A stretch of DNA of 64,000 nucleotides from an uncultured bacterium (GTDB taxonomy: Bacteria; Fidelibacterota; JAANXI01): the NCBI GenBank assembly GCA_964413425.1, contig CAYPST010000011.1:1646-65645 (forward strand), in the 5' to 3' direction. How positions within the stretch are numbered: the stretch's first letter is position 1; each line of letters opens with the position of its first letter. The notes below the pieces were generated by a model. The model was given only the letters and a program-made list of their open reading frames with translations. It ran no database searches and was not told the origin of the DNA. Below, piece by piece: positions 28,298-38,126 of this stretch. The position numbers were made by a program, and so were the translations under genes.

Positions 28298-29095
28298 ATG
28301 ACTTCCCTGTCCAGACGGGAACTGAAGCGATTCGCTGCCCTCTCGCGAAAAAAGTATCGCCGGGAATACCGGCAATGCATCCTGGAAGGGGTCCGGCTCT
28401 GCTCAGAGGCACTTCGTTCCGACTGGCACCTCCACACTCTGTTTGTTACCCAGGAATTTTATACGCAAAATCAGGACGCCCTCCCGATACAATTAAGCCG
28501 GGATCGGGGAGTGGAGATCCGGCTTATCTCCCAATCGGATTTTCGAAAAATAACCGACACCAAGTCAGGGCCGGGAGTGGCCTTACTTGCTCATCTTCCT
28601 GAACCCAGAAGTTTCACTCCGGCTCCCGCTCATATGCCTGATATTTTGCTTCTGGACGCTATCAAAGATCCGGGGAACCTGGGCACCCTGTTTCGTTCCG
28701 CGGATTGGTTCGGAGTCAGACATATCGTGCTCGGTACCGGTACCGTTGAATGGTCGAATCCCAAGGTCTTACGATCTTCAATGGGGGCCGTATTCAGAAC
28801 ACCGCTCTACGGTGAACAAACCCTCGATACTCTCGTGAATGTACTGAAACAGTCTGATTATCACATCATCGCCGCCGATCTGGACGGTACGCCGTTGCCG
28901 GAATTGACGGCCCTCAACATCCCGGAACCACTTGCACTCATTCTCGGCAACGAAGCGCACGGGATTTCTCCTGCTATATCGGCACAAGTGGACGCTACTT
29001 TTACCATACCCGGGGAAGGAAGCGCCGATTCCCTGAATGTTGCCATGGCCGGAGCCGTGTTCCTGTATGAACTATACCGCATCCGAAACCCTTGA
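28298..29095 (+). CDS. TrmH/SpoU family RNA methyltransferase
   Basis: DPGNLGTLFRSA, LGNEAHG and SLNVAMA motifs. Start reassigned to the ATG at 28298 because the longer ORF overlaps hisS. Confidence 0.92.
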   Translation: MTSLSRRELKRFAALSRKKYRREYRQCILEGVRLCSEALRSDWHLHTLFVTQEFYTQNQDALPIQLSRDRGVEIRLISQSDFRKITDTKSGPGVALLAHLPEPRSFTPAPAHMPDILLLDAIKDPGNLGTLFRSADWFGVRHIVLGTGTVEWSNPKVLRSSMGAVFRTPLYGEQTLDTLVNVLKQSDYHIIAADLDGTPLPELTALNIPEPLALILGNEAHGISPAISAQVDATFTIPGEGSADSLNVAMAGAVFLYELYRIRNP

Positions 29096-29169
29096 CATTC
29101 GAGCACGCACACTCTACTTTTCGAAATATTTTAATACGCTGAAACTCGAAACGGACTCTGCGGGAGTCG

Positions 29170-30036
29170 ATGGCATCACAAGAAAAATTTCCCAAACATT
29201 GGCCGGCGCTGGGAATCGTCTTTCTGAGTATCCTGCTCCCGTATCTCATCGCTTCGTTCTTCATTGATCCCACCCGGGAGCTGATTCCGGAAGATATCAG
29301 AATCTATCTGTTTCTCGGGGAATTGGTAATTATTCTTCCCAGTCTTCTCTATCTCTGGCGGAAAGGATTCTCTGTTCAGACGGTCTATAGATTGCGCTCT
29401 CCGGACTTTCCGGTAGTTTTCTGGTCTTTTATTTTCGGGCTCAGCATATCCGTGCTGGGCGACGAGCTGGATCGACTGATTTCATATATTATTACACCAC
29501 CGGCCTGGCTCTCGGAATCCATGGAATTCTTTATTATCGAATCGTTCCCGGAGGGTCTCCTGGTTCTCACTGCCATAATCCTGATTGCACCGGTTGCGGA
29601 GGAATTGCTTTTTCGTGGGTTTTTACAAACAACCCTGGAATACCGCACGCAGGATGTTACCAGGGCCGTACTGTTTACTGCTCTGGCATTCGCTTTATTG
29701 CATATGAACACCTGGTGGCTCCTTCAAATCTATCTGTTCGGAGTCGCCTTATCCTATTTATCCTGGCGTACTCAGAGCGTCTATCCCGGTATCCTGACCC
29801 ACATGGGAATCAACACAACGGCCATCCTTATGACCAACCTGGATGTCCGCAATCAGTTGGATTGGTACCTGCTCGGCGATCACGTCTCTCCTGTCTGGTT
29901 AATTCTTGCAGGTATCGGATGTTATTTCAGCATTACCAATATTAATCAAAGATATCCCATGGATCAGCGGAGCCCGGACACCATGCATGTTGACGAATTC
30001 ACAGCGAAGGATGTGCACACAAATGCACCCGATTGA
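29170..30036 (+). CDS. CPBP family (Abi/CAAX) intramembrane glutamic endopeptidase
   Basis: APVAEELLFRG, FALLH and HMGIN motifs, with multiple TM helices. Confidence 0.9.
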   Translation: MASQEKFPKHWPALGIVFLSILLPYLIASFFIDPTRELIPEDIRIYLFLGELVIILPSLLYLWRKGFSVQTVYRLRSPDFPVVFWSFIFGLSISVLGDELDRLISYIITPPAWLSESMEFFIIESFPEGLLVLTAIILIAPVAEELLFRGFLQTTLEYRTQDVTRAVLFTALAFALLHMNTWWLLQIYLFGVALSYLSWRTQSVYPGILTHMGINTTAILMTNLDVRNQLDWYLLGDHVSPVWLILAGIGCYFSITNINQRYPMDQRSPDTMHVDEFTAKDVHTNAPD

Positions 30037-30215
30037 TGGGAGGAATGGTGCATTGAATCGCCGGTACAGTACATCTCACCAGAACATATATGCTTTCAGC
30101 GTCCGCAACCCGCGAAATCCTTATAATAGGTGGATATTTAATTGCAGGAAGTGTATTCTTCGGGAGAAACAAATTGTGAATACGAATGAACTCTGATTCC
30201 TGGTAAATTCCGCAC

Positions 30216-31568
30216 ATGCTCACTCAAGAAATAAATATCCTGCTGGACACCCTGCGACGGTTGAACCGGCGGGGTGCAGCCGCCAACTTGCGCAAGATTT
30301 TACACAAAACCCACCCGGCGGATCTGGCCACCATTTTTCGGTATTTCACGGAACAAGAACGCAGAGCGATTTTTCCATTAATCATTGACAAACATCATGC
30401 GGCTGAAGCACTGAGTGAAATGGATGACTCTCTGCGAGTTGAACTTATCAACCAATTGACCAGAGAACAGGTCATCGAATTATTTTCAGAGATGGCCACC
30501 GATGATCTGGCGGATGTTCTGGGATTACTACCGGATGGGCTCTCCAATGAAATCGTCTCGCTTATGGAACCGGAGAGCACAGAAGAACTGGAATCCATTA
30601 TGGGCTATCCGGAAGACACCGCCGGCGGGATTATGATTCCCGAAGCATTTGCCCTGCACGAGGAGACCACCGCCGCAGAAGCCATCGAGATTCTGCAGCA
30701 CTCCGAACAGGGCGAAATGGTCTTTTATGTCTATATTGTTGACGATGACAGGCACTTACAGGGAGTATGCTCTCTGCGTCAGCTCCTGCTGGTACCGCCG
30801 CAGACTGAACTGAGCGAACTGATGACCTCCCAGGTGGTGAGTGTCCTCCCGGAGACGGATCAGGAGGAGGTAGCCCGACTGGTGGGACGCTATAACATTC
30901 TGGCAATACCGGTGGTAGACCAGGATGACCATCTGCTGGGAATTGTCACCGTCGATGATATCATCGATGTGATACGAGAGGAGGCCACCGAAGACTTTCT
31001 CCAGATGGCCGGGGCCGGACGAGACCGGGAGATCCTGCTGAAGTCCACCATCGAAGAATCCAAACTCCGCTTCCCGTGGCTGTTTGCCACCTGGGTGGGG
31101 GGCGTCATCGCCTCACTCATTGTCGATTCCTTTGCCGACATTCGCCAGCGGATACTGGCACTCGCTGCCTTCATGCCCATTATCATCGGTATGGGAGGCA
31201 ACATCGGCACCCAATCCGCCACCATTGTAATCCGCGGTCTGGCTACCGGGAGAGTGAATATCAGGGACGCCTGGAAAGTTATTTTCAAAGAGGTCAAAGT
31301 CGGCTTGATACTGGGTGTCTCTTATGGTATTGGACTGACTATCCTGGTAGACGTGCTCTATCCGTCCTCCGGGATTATGGTGGGTCTGGTCGTAGGACTT
31401 GGGATTTGTGCTGTTATGATTATCTCTACGCTGGTCGGAACATTCGCACCTATACTTCTGGATCGCATGAAAATCGATCCGGCTATCGCAACCGGTCCGT
31501 TTGTAACCACCTCTATCGATATTCTGGGACTACTGGTCTATTTCACCATTGCCGTACTTCTGCTGTAG
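30216..31568 (+). CDS. mgtE: Magnesium transporter MgtE
   Basis: N-domain, tandem CBS domains (YPEDTAGGIM, GIVTVDDI), GGNIGTQS and PAIATGPFVTT..D motifs. Confidence 0.95.
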   Translation: MLTQEINILLDTLRRLNRRGAAANLRKILHKTHPADLATIFRYFTEQERRAIFPLIIDKHHAAEALSEMDDSLRVELINQLTREQVIELFSEMATDDLADVLGLLPDGLSNEIVSLMEPESTEELESIMGYPEDTAGGIMIPEAFALHEETTAAEAIEILQHSEQGEMVFYVYIVDDDRHLQGVCSLRQLLLVPPQTELSELMTSQVVSVLPETDQEEVARLVGRYNILAIPVVDQDDHLLGIVTVDDIIDVIREEATEDFLQMAGAGRDREILLKSTIEESKLRFPWLFATWVGGVIASLIVDSFADIRQRILALAAFMPIIIGMGGNIGTQSATIVIRGLATGRVNIRDAWKVIFKEVKVGLILGVSYGIGLTILVDVLYPSSGIMVGLVVGLGICAVMIISTLVGTFAPILLDRMKIDPAIATGPFVTTSIDILGLLVYFTIAVLLL

Positions 31569-31912
31569 TATGAGGACATCCACCTTCCGGAGCGTCTGAT
31601 TTCTTTCGTTAGCTGTCAAAGATTGCTCCGGCGCATCAGGTAAGTGTCACCAAGTTGATAAACACCTTAATATATCGGGCACTTTCGCCTGGCCAGAAGC
31701 ATTCCTCTTCCATTCTCGACCATTACCTTTCGCTATTTGTGCCCGGTATATTGGTACTTTTCCTCCTCTCCCGGCGTATCGGGCCTTCTCAAATTCTACT
31801 GTCTTTCCATGGGATATCGCAACAACCAAGAATGCGTTGATCAACGAACGCTCACATTGAAGAATACGGAGGTTTCCACACGTTTGATAACCACACTCCG
31901 GGAAACCGCGCA

Positions 31913-32377
31913 TCAACCGGCATCGGCATACGCTTCCAGGACTTCCTCTGCGTGTACCGCTGTCTGTACTTTGTTGAAGACATTCACGATCTTTCCTTCT
32001 TCGTCCAACAAAAAGGTTTTCCGCAAAATTCCCTGATACTCTTTGCCAAACATCTTTTTCGGTCCATACGCCTCATACAGGGGGCAGACCTTGTTCTCAA
32101 CATCAGCTAACAATGTATGGGCTAATCCATACTTTTCCTTAAATTTCTTATGGGAGTTAATATCATCGTTACTGATACCGAATACCTTGATATTTTCGAA
32201 GTGATACTCATCAGCGGCATCCCGAAAGCTGCAGGCTTCTTTTGTGCATCCGGAGGTATCGTCTTTGGGATAAAAATAGACGACTACCTTCTGACCTCTG
32301 TAGTCAGAAAGAGTGTGTTCTTCTCCGGCTTCGTCAGGTAACGTAAAATCCGGGGCATACTCACCAATAATTGGCAT
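31913..32377 (-). CDS. bcp: Thioredoxin-dependent thiol peroxidase BCP/PrxQ
   Basis: YFYPKDDTSGCTKEACSFRD. Start placed at the ATG 32377, after a GGAG RBS. Confidence 0.93.
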   Translation of the reverse strand: MPIIGEYAPDFTLPDEAGEEHTLSDYRGQKVVVYFYPKDDTSGCTKEACSFRDAADEYHFENIKVFGISNDDINSHKKFKEKYGLAHTLLADVENKVCPLYEAYGPKKMFGKEYQGILRKTFLLDEEGKIVNVFNKVQTAVHAEEVLEAYADAG

Positions 32378-32503
32378 GATTTCCACTCCTCCGTAATTCA
32401 AATAATTTGCTCTTCAGCATGACCCGTTCTCAGCCTCGCGCAACGATGACACCGTGGAGAAACTTTAAGAATCTCTCAGCAGGGCTTGGAGAGGGAAGGT
32501 GCC

Positions 32504-33901
32504 TCATCTGATACTTGCTGAGACCGGCACAGGAAAATGAATAACAAAGGTGGATCCTTCGCCCAGTTTGCTGTCGACTTCAATGTTGGCGTTATGCTGA
32601 TTCACAATCCCGTACACTTCTGACAGCCCCAGCCCGCTGCCTTTTTCACTCTTGGTAGAGAAAAAGGGGTCGAAGATCTTCTCAACAACTTCTTTGCTCA
32701 TCCCGATCCCGGTGTCGGAAACGCCCAGGTTTACATTCTTCCCATCGAATTCGGTCCAGACGGTAACCAGGCCACCAACATCCAGCGCATCCACTGCATT
32801 GAATATTAAGTTCAGCAGGGCATTTCTCAGCGCGATCTCATTGCCTTCCACATGTGGAATCTTTTTAAGCTGGGTTTCGATTTCTATGTGGATACCTCGC
32901 TGGCGCATAATACGGTCAATTCTGGTCTTCACATACTCCACCACATCCTCAATCAGGTCGTTCAGCATAATTGAGGAGAGATCCTGTTCCCCGGCCTGTT
33001 CCCGTTTTCTGGTAAAATCCTGCAGCCGCTGAATCATATCAGTGCTGTCCATAGCCGCTTTTTCAATCGTTTTGAGACTGGCTAACACCCCCGGCTCGGA
33101 GAGTTTCTGCCGGAGCAGCTGCACCCGGCCCAGAATAATGGTCAACATGTTGTTAAAATCGTGAGAAATCCCGGAAGCCATCTGGCTCAGCGCCTGTAAT
33201 TTCTTGTTCTGGGTCGCTTCCACTTCCTGCTTATGGCGCATGGAGACTATCCGGTTGATGAGCGTGAACCCACGGAACCGGTCCTCATGATCCACCTGGG
33301 GATAGGTGCGGGTCTCCAGGAACTCGCCAAAATTCTGATCGAAATACTCCAGAGGCACTACCTTTTTCGTCTCCAGCGTCTGTGCCAACGGACATTCATC
33401 ACACGGATGAGATTGTCCGTGGAGCACTTCATAACACTTCTTCCCGGTGATTTCCTCGGTTCCGCCGAATACGGTTTTCGCCGCAAAATTTGCTCTCAAG
33501 ATTGTGTAATCAGGCGAACAGAGCAGGATGAAATCGTTGATCGAATCAAACAATTCATCTGGCAAATCTCGTTTCTGCTTATCCCATTCGAACGTTTCCC
33601 CCACCGGATACAACTGCAACGTGAGTTTATTCCCATGAAGATTCCTTCCCGGATCCAGATACGCGACTAATTTCGTGATATCCTCGGATTCGAAGGTGGG
33701 AAGAAGATCCAGATGTTGGGTGCTGCCGGAGGTAATGGCCTGATGTATTGACTCTGCCACCGGTATGCCCGTGGACATCCTGAACAAATCGGAAAAAATT
33801 GTCGATTCGGAGAGGGTTTCATTGACCCACGATTGAAACACCTCATCGGTATCGAGAATCGCCTCCGAATGGTAATCGATGGTGATAGTTGATGAAATCA
33901 T
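32504..33901 (-). CDS. Soluble PAS-domain sensor histidine kinase
   Basis: H-box GISHDFNNML, N-box NLIFNAVDA, DTGIGM, FDPFFSTK and GSGLGL. Cys-rich PAS segment CYEVLHGQSHPCDECP. No TM helix seen. Confidence 0.9.
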   Translation of the reverse strand: MISSTITIDYHSEAILDTDEVFQSWVNETLSESTIFSDLFRMSTGIPVAESIHQAITSGSTQHLDLLPTFESEDITKLVAYLDPGRNLHGNKLTLQLYPVGETFEWDKQKRDLPDELFDSINDFILLCSPDYTILRANFAAKTVFGGTEEITGKKCYEVLHGQSHPCDECPLAQTLETKKVVPLEYFDQNFGEFLETRTYPQVDHEDRFRGFTLINRIVSMRHKQEVEATQNKKLQALSQMASGISHDFNNMLTIILGRVQLLRQKLSEPGVLASLKTIEKAAMDSTDMIQRLQDFTRKREQAGEQDLSSIMLNDLIEDVVEYVKTRIDRIMRQRGIHIEIETQLKKIPHVEGNEIALRNALLNLIFNAVDALDVGGLVTVWTEFDGKNVNLGVSDTGIGMSKEVVEKIFDPFFSTKSEKGSGLGLSEVYGIVNQHNANIEVDSKLGEGSTFVIHFPVPVSASIR

Positions 33902-33987
33902 GAATTAGATCATGGTCCGGAGTTTATGATAATTCGTATGCCTGCCACGCTTTGGCTTTCCAGGCGGTTTTTCAGAATATAGTAAAG

Positions 33988-35238
33988 TTATAACAGCGCA
34001 TCTAATTCTTTCTGCAATCGATGAATGCGCGGAACCGCCCGCATAGTTTCAGCATAGGAGAGGCTCCGCTCCAGATACTGCACTCGGACAATATTATTTC
34101 CTTTCGATTTAGCCAACACGCTATATTCATAATAAGTTTCACATAAATTGAGCAGATTGCTTTCTTCCGCATTCAATTCAATACTGATCTCAAAATTGGC
34201 TGCGGCAAGATCCAGGAATCCCTGATCACGATGCAGCAACCCGAATACACGATACGCATCGGCCAGTGCTCCGCGATCGTGCATTTTGGAAAAGATTTTA
34301 AAGGCATGAATCAGCCGACGCTGGCCTTCATCAAATTCTTTCTGCCGAATAAGCACTTCCGCTAATGCCAGCGACCCAATCCCCAGGAGATTGGTATCCG
34401 GAATCTCCTCTGCCGCCTGTACGGATCGTTTCAGCAATTCCCTGGCCGCCCCCAGGGCATTCATTCCCAAATGAGCCAATCCCTGATTTACCAGGAGATG
34501 TCCCTGGAAATTCTGATCCTGTGCATCCGGATGGGAGAGCAGGCGCTCAAAAATTTTCGCCGCCTCCTCGGCTTCCCCCCTCATCCCCTGAATAATCGCC
34601 TGATTCACCCTGATCTTTAATCCGATATTCCCGGAGAGATCGCCGTTGAGCAAATTTTCGGCCTCTTTAAAATATTGAAACCCCGACGCAGAATCCCATC
34701 GCATTGACGACAGTATTCCCATGCTCATCCTGGCAGCAGCCATTCCGGTCCTGTCGCCTTTCTCGGTATAATACTCATAGGCCTTCGCATAGGATCGTCG
34801 ACTCCTCTGCCACCGGCTGCGCTTGGAATCGATGCGACCCATTAGAAGATAGACCCTGCCCAGGAACTCACTGTCCTGCTCCAGCCTGTTCCGACTTTCC
34901 TCAATGGATCGCAACAAGGTGTAAGATCGATCTACTTCCCCGAACTTGAAACACAACTCTGCTATTTTGTACTGAACCCCGATCACCCGATTGGGTGAAA
35001 TCTCCGGGTATTTCATCAGTGTCATGATCAGGAACTCGAAGTCCACTTCTCGAAAAATGCTGTCGTTTTCTGTACCGTGCATGGTCCATTGTTCATTCAG
35101 GAATCGTTCTCTCTGCTGCTTCAACTGCAGGTAGCGCTCGATAAACATCTCCCCTAATTCATCAGAAATCAAGTCCAGTAATTTCTGAAAAAAAATCCGA
35201 AACAGCTCCGGGCCAGTTGTGGGAAGTTTCGTTTCCAT
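33988..35238 (-). CDS. Tetratricopeptide repeat protein
   Basis: Repeated helical TPR-like units (LGRVYLLMG, ALADAYRVFG, ETYYEYS). Confidence 0.75.
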   Translation of the reverse strand: METKLPTTGPELFRIFFQKLLDLISDELGEMFIERYLQLKQQRERFLNEQWTMHGTENDSIFREVDFEFLIMTLMKYPEISPNRVIGVQYKIAELCFKFGEVDRSYTLLRSIEESRNRLEQDSEFLGRVYLLMGRIDSKRSRWQRSRRSYAKAYEYYTEKGDRTGMAAARMSMGILSSMRWDSASGFQYFKEAENLLNGDLSGNIGLKIRVNQAIIQGMRGEAEEAAKIFERLLSHPDAQDQNFQGHLLVNQGLAHLGMNALGAARELLKRSVQAAEEIPDTNLLGIGSLALAEVLIRQKEFDEGQRRLIHAFKIFSKMHDRGALADAYRVFGLLHRDQGFLDLAAANFEISIELNAEESNLLNLCETYYEYSVLAKSKGNNIVRVQYLERSLSYAETMRAVPRIHRLQKELDALL

Positions 35239-35493
35239 AACTTGTTATCTTCTTCCGACGATCGATCCCCTGCCGGACTGATTGCGCAGTCTGCTCACGT
35301 CCTTTCTGAATGTATGAACACTCTCTCACTCTGAAGCGCGCCCGGCAGGGCGCGGTATCATCCGGAGAGTGGTTTTCTTATTTACCTTGGTACAGCAGCG
35401 AGCAAGAGATTCTGGTATTCCTTTTGTGTAAATTTTTGCACCTTTGCATTCTTGGGCTCTTGTATTCTTGAGTTCTTGAGAAGATCGAATTTC

Positions 35494-36882
35494 TCACTCA
35501 GGATTTTTCGAATCGGCTCCTTCTAATTTCAAACACCGGTAGCGGAAAGCACCCCGACTCATCCCCAGTAATCGTGCCGCACGCGATTTATTCCCATTTG
35601 CTTTATCCAGCGCCGCTTTGATATATTTTTTCTCTATTTCATCGAGATCGATCCCCTCATCCGGGATATGGATGTCTCTGACACCCGTTTTCTTCGCGGC
35701 CTGGGTACTCGAAGAATTTGGAATCAGGAAGAGGTGATGTGAATCAATTTCCCCGTACTTCTTGAGTAATACCGCCCGCTCAATCACATTGCGCAATTCT
35801 CTGACATTCCCCGGCCAGCTATGTGCAATTAACGTCTCTGAAGCTTGATCGGAGAGTCCGGAAATATCGTAGTTGAATTCCACATTAAATTTCTCAATGA
35901 ACTCTTTTGCCAGTAACAGAATATCTTCGCCGCGCTTCCGGAGGGGAGGTAATTCTATGGTTAAGACATTCAATCGATAATAGAGATCCTCGCGGAACTT
36001 GCCCTGTTCGATGAGATTTTCCAGGGGAATACTGGTAGAAGCAATGACCCGTATATCAATTGGGATATCGCGAATCCCCCCTACCCGTCGAATCTTTTTT
36101 TCCTCAATAGCCTTCAACAATTTGACTTGAAGTGCCAGGTCCATACTGGCAATCTCATCCAGAAAGAAGGCTCCGCCATCGGCTACTTCCATCAATCCCC
36201 GCTTGGTTTTTCGGGCATCCGTGAAGGCGCCTTGTTCATAACCGAACAGTTCGGATTCCAGCAACGTTTCCTGAATTGCGGCACAATTCACTTCCACAAA
36301 GGGTTCCTGATGGCGGCGGCTGTTGGCATGAATCGATCTTGCCACCATCTCCTTGCCGGTGCCCGTTTCCCCGACGATAACCACCGGGGTATCCTTGGAC
36401 TCGCTGACCATCCGGATGATTTTGAAGACCTGCTTCATCTTCGGAGATCGGCCTATCAGTTCACCGAAGCCGAACATCTTTCGCTGCTGATTATACATAT
36501 AGGACAGTTTGTCGCCGATTTTCTTCGACTGGAAGGCCCGCTCGACAATGAGCCGCAACTCTTTGATATCCACCGGTTTCTTTATATAGTCATACGCGCC
36601 GGCACGCATGGCCGAAAGCGCAATTTCCTGATCCCCGACATCCGTGGTAAAGATCACCTCGACTTCCGGTGCCCGCTGATGAATCTTCTTCAATAAATCA
36701 AGCCCAGTTATCTCGGGAAGTCGATAATCGGTAATGACAATATCCGGGAGCACTTTGTCGAAGTGTTTGAAAAACTCCACTGAGGTACCAAATATCCGGA
36801 TATCCCACTCTTCGGTCTCCAGCATCAGCTTGACCGTTTTACAGATATGCGGGTCACTATCTACAAGATAAATTGCCGGCAT
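35494..36882 (-). CDS. Sigma-54-dependent response regulator (NtrC family)
   Basis: Receiver domain (VITDYRLP, YIKKP), GETGTGKE, ESELFG, GAFTDA, WPGNVREL and a Fis-type HTH (GNKSRAARLLG). Confidence 0.93.
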   Translation of the reverse strand: MPAIYLVDSDPHICKTVKLMLETEEWDIRIFGTSVEFFKHFDKVLPDIVITDYRLPEITGLDLLKKIHQRAPEVEVIFTTDVGDQEIALSAMRAGAYDYIKKPVDIKELRLIVERAFQSKKIGDKLSYMYNQQRKMFGFGELIGRSPKMKQVFKIIRMVSESKDTPVVIVGETGTGKEMVARSIHANSRRHQEPFVEVNCAAIQETLLESELFGYEQGAFTDARKTKRGLMEVADGGAFFLDEIASMDLALQVKLLKAIEEKKIRRVGGIRDIPIDIRVIASTSIPLENLIEQGKFREDLYYRLNVLTIELPPLRKRGEDILLLAKEFIEKFNVEFNYDISGLSDQASETLIAHSWPGNVRELRNVIERAVLLKKYGEIDSHHLFLIPNSSSTQAAKKTGVRDIHIPDEGIDLDEIEKKYIKAALDKANGNKSRAARLLGMSRGAFRYRCLKLEGADSKNPE

Positions 36883-36984
36883 GGATAATTCTCACATAAG
36901 ATATTATGAGAGCTACAGTACTATCTGAATCTCAGAAAATATACAGTTGCTGTAAGATACCTGTTGAAATCGCTTAGTATTTCC

Positions 36985-37174
36985 GAGTCTATTTAGAAAA
37001 CGCCTCGCCCCGAAGGGATGCCTTCGGCAAAGAGATCCCGTGACGACGGGACAAAGAAACCAGAACATATCACTGCCCAACCCCCGCAATAAATTGTGAA
37101 GATGTGTTCTCTCCAGAATAAACATAAGTCAGGGTCAGCATCTTGTCTCAGCACCATATTTTCTAAACACTCTC
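36985..37174 (+). mobile_element. MITE family 1, complete 190-bp copy with 9-bp near-perfect target duplication
   Basis: GAGTCTATTTAGAAAA...TTTTCTAAACACTCTC, flanked by AGTATTTCC (36976-36984) and AGTACTTCC (37175-37183). Confidence 0.9.
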
Positions 37175-37778
37175 AGTACTTCCGTATAACTCCAACCACT
37201 TTTCCCCGGATTCGCACACGGTCCGCAGAGAGCATAATGGGTGACATTTCCGCATTTCCCGGCTCCAGACGAACGCTATCTCCATCTCGATAAAACTTTT
37301 TTAACGTCGCATCCTGATTATTAATCAGGGCGACAACCATTTCCCCGTTATGTGCTTCGCTCCGAGGTTGGACAATAACATAGTCCCCATCCTGGATATT
37401 TTCGTCAATCATGGATTCTCCGGCCACCTGGAGAACGTAATGATCCCCGTGCCCGATCATATCCGGCGGAACGGAAATCTCTTCCCGATTTTCGATGGCT
37501 TCAATCGGTTCTCCCGCTGCGACCCGCCCGAGAAGGGGTAATGCAGATATGGTCGGCCCGGGGTGAGGATCAACAACCTGCAGACACCGCGATCGGTTCC
37601 AATCCTTCTTTATTAACCCCTTTTGTTCAAGGTTGGTAATATGCTTGTGTACCGTGCCTTTTGATCGGTATCCAAAGTAATCAGCGATTTCCTCATAGGT
37701 CGGGGCAATCCCCTCCGCTGAGAGATATTCCTTAATAAAATCGAGGATAGATTTTTGCTTTTTAGTTAAATACATCAC
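37173..37778 (-). CDS. lexA: SOS repressor LexA
   Basis: LTKKQ..PTYEEIA HTH, VAAGEP cleavage site, GESM catalytic Ser and TLKK catalytic Lys. Confidence 0.95.
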   Translation of the reverse strand: MMYLTKKQKSILDFIKEYLSAEGIAPTYEEIADYFGYRSKGTVHKHITNLEQKGLIKKDWNRSRCLQVVDPHPGPTISALPLLGRVAAGEPIEAIENREEISVPPDMIGHGDHYVLQVAGESMIDENIQDGDYVIVQPRSEAHNGEMVVALINNQDATLKKFYRDGDSVRLEPGNAEMSPIMLSADRVRIRGKVVGVIRKY

Positions 37779-38126
37779 TGCAGAATTCTGGGCTGCCCAT
37801 TTTTAAGTCAATTTATCCGGTATCAAAAAGTATCCTGAATTCTCCATGAATTCGAAATGAATAGCACCCGTTCGCCGCGGCGAAAAGTAATCCCGGATCA
37901 CTGCCCGGTGAAGGGTCCGACGTGTCCTATCGGAACCAGGGATCGTTCGCTTTATCAAGGCGTCTCTGGGATGGAATTGAGAAAAATCCGCGGGCATCCG
38001 TTGTCTCTGCGTTCATCTGTATGCTATTTTTTGAATTATTCAGGTTAAGGATTCGTGATGCAATTTAGATCGGTTGGCATCAAATGGCAACTAATTATCA
38101 CACCAGATTCTCTGGTGGGTCACTGC

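Noticed and set aside
30037-30215. M-box (ykoK) riboswitch upstream of mgtE
   Set aside because: The conserved core sequences were not found.
31647-31916. 89-aa minus-strand ORF downstream of bcp
   Set aside because: No motif or supporting RBS. It could be a chance ORF in the mgtE-bcp convergent gap.
33902-35493. Sigma-54 (-24/-12) promoters near the NtrC-family locus
   Set aside because: No GG-N10-GC with TGGCAC/TTGC context was found in the intergenic segments inspected.
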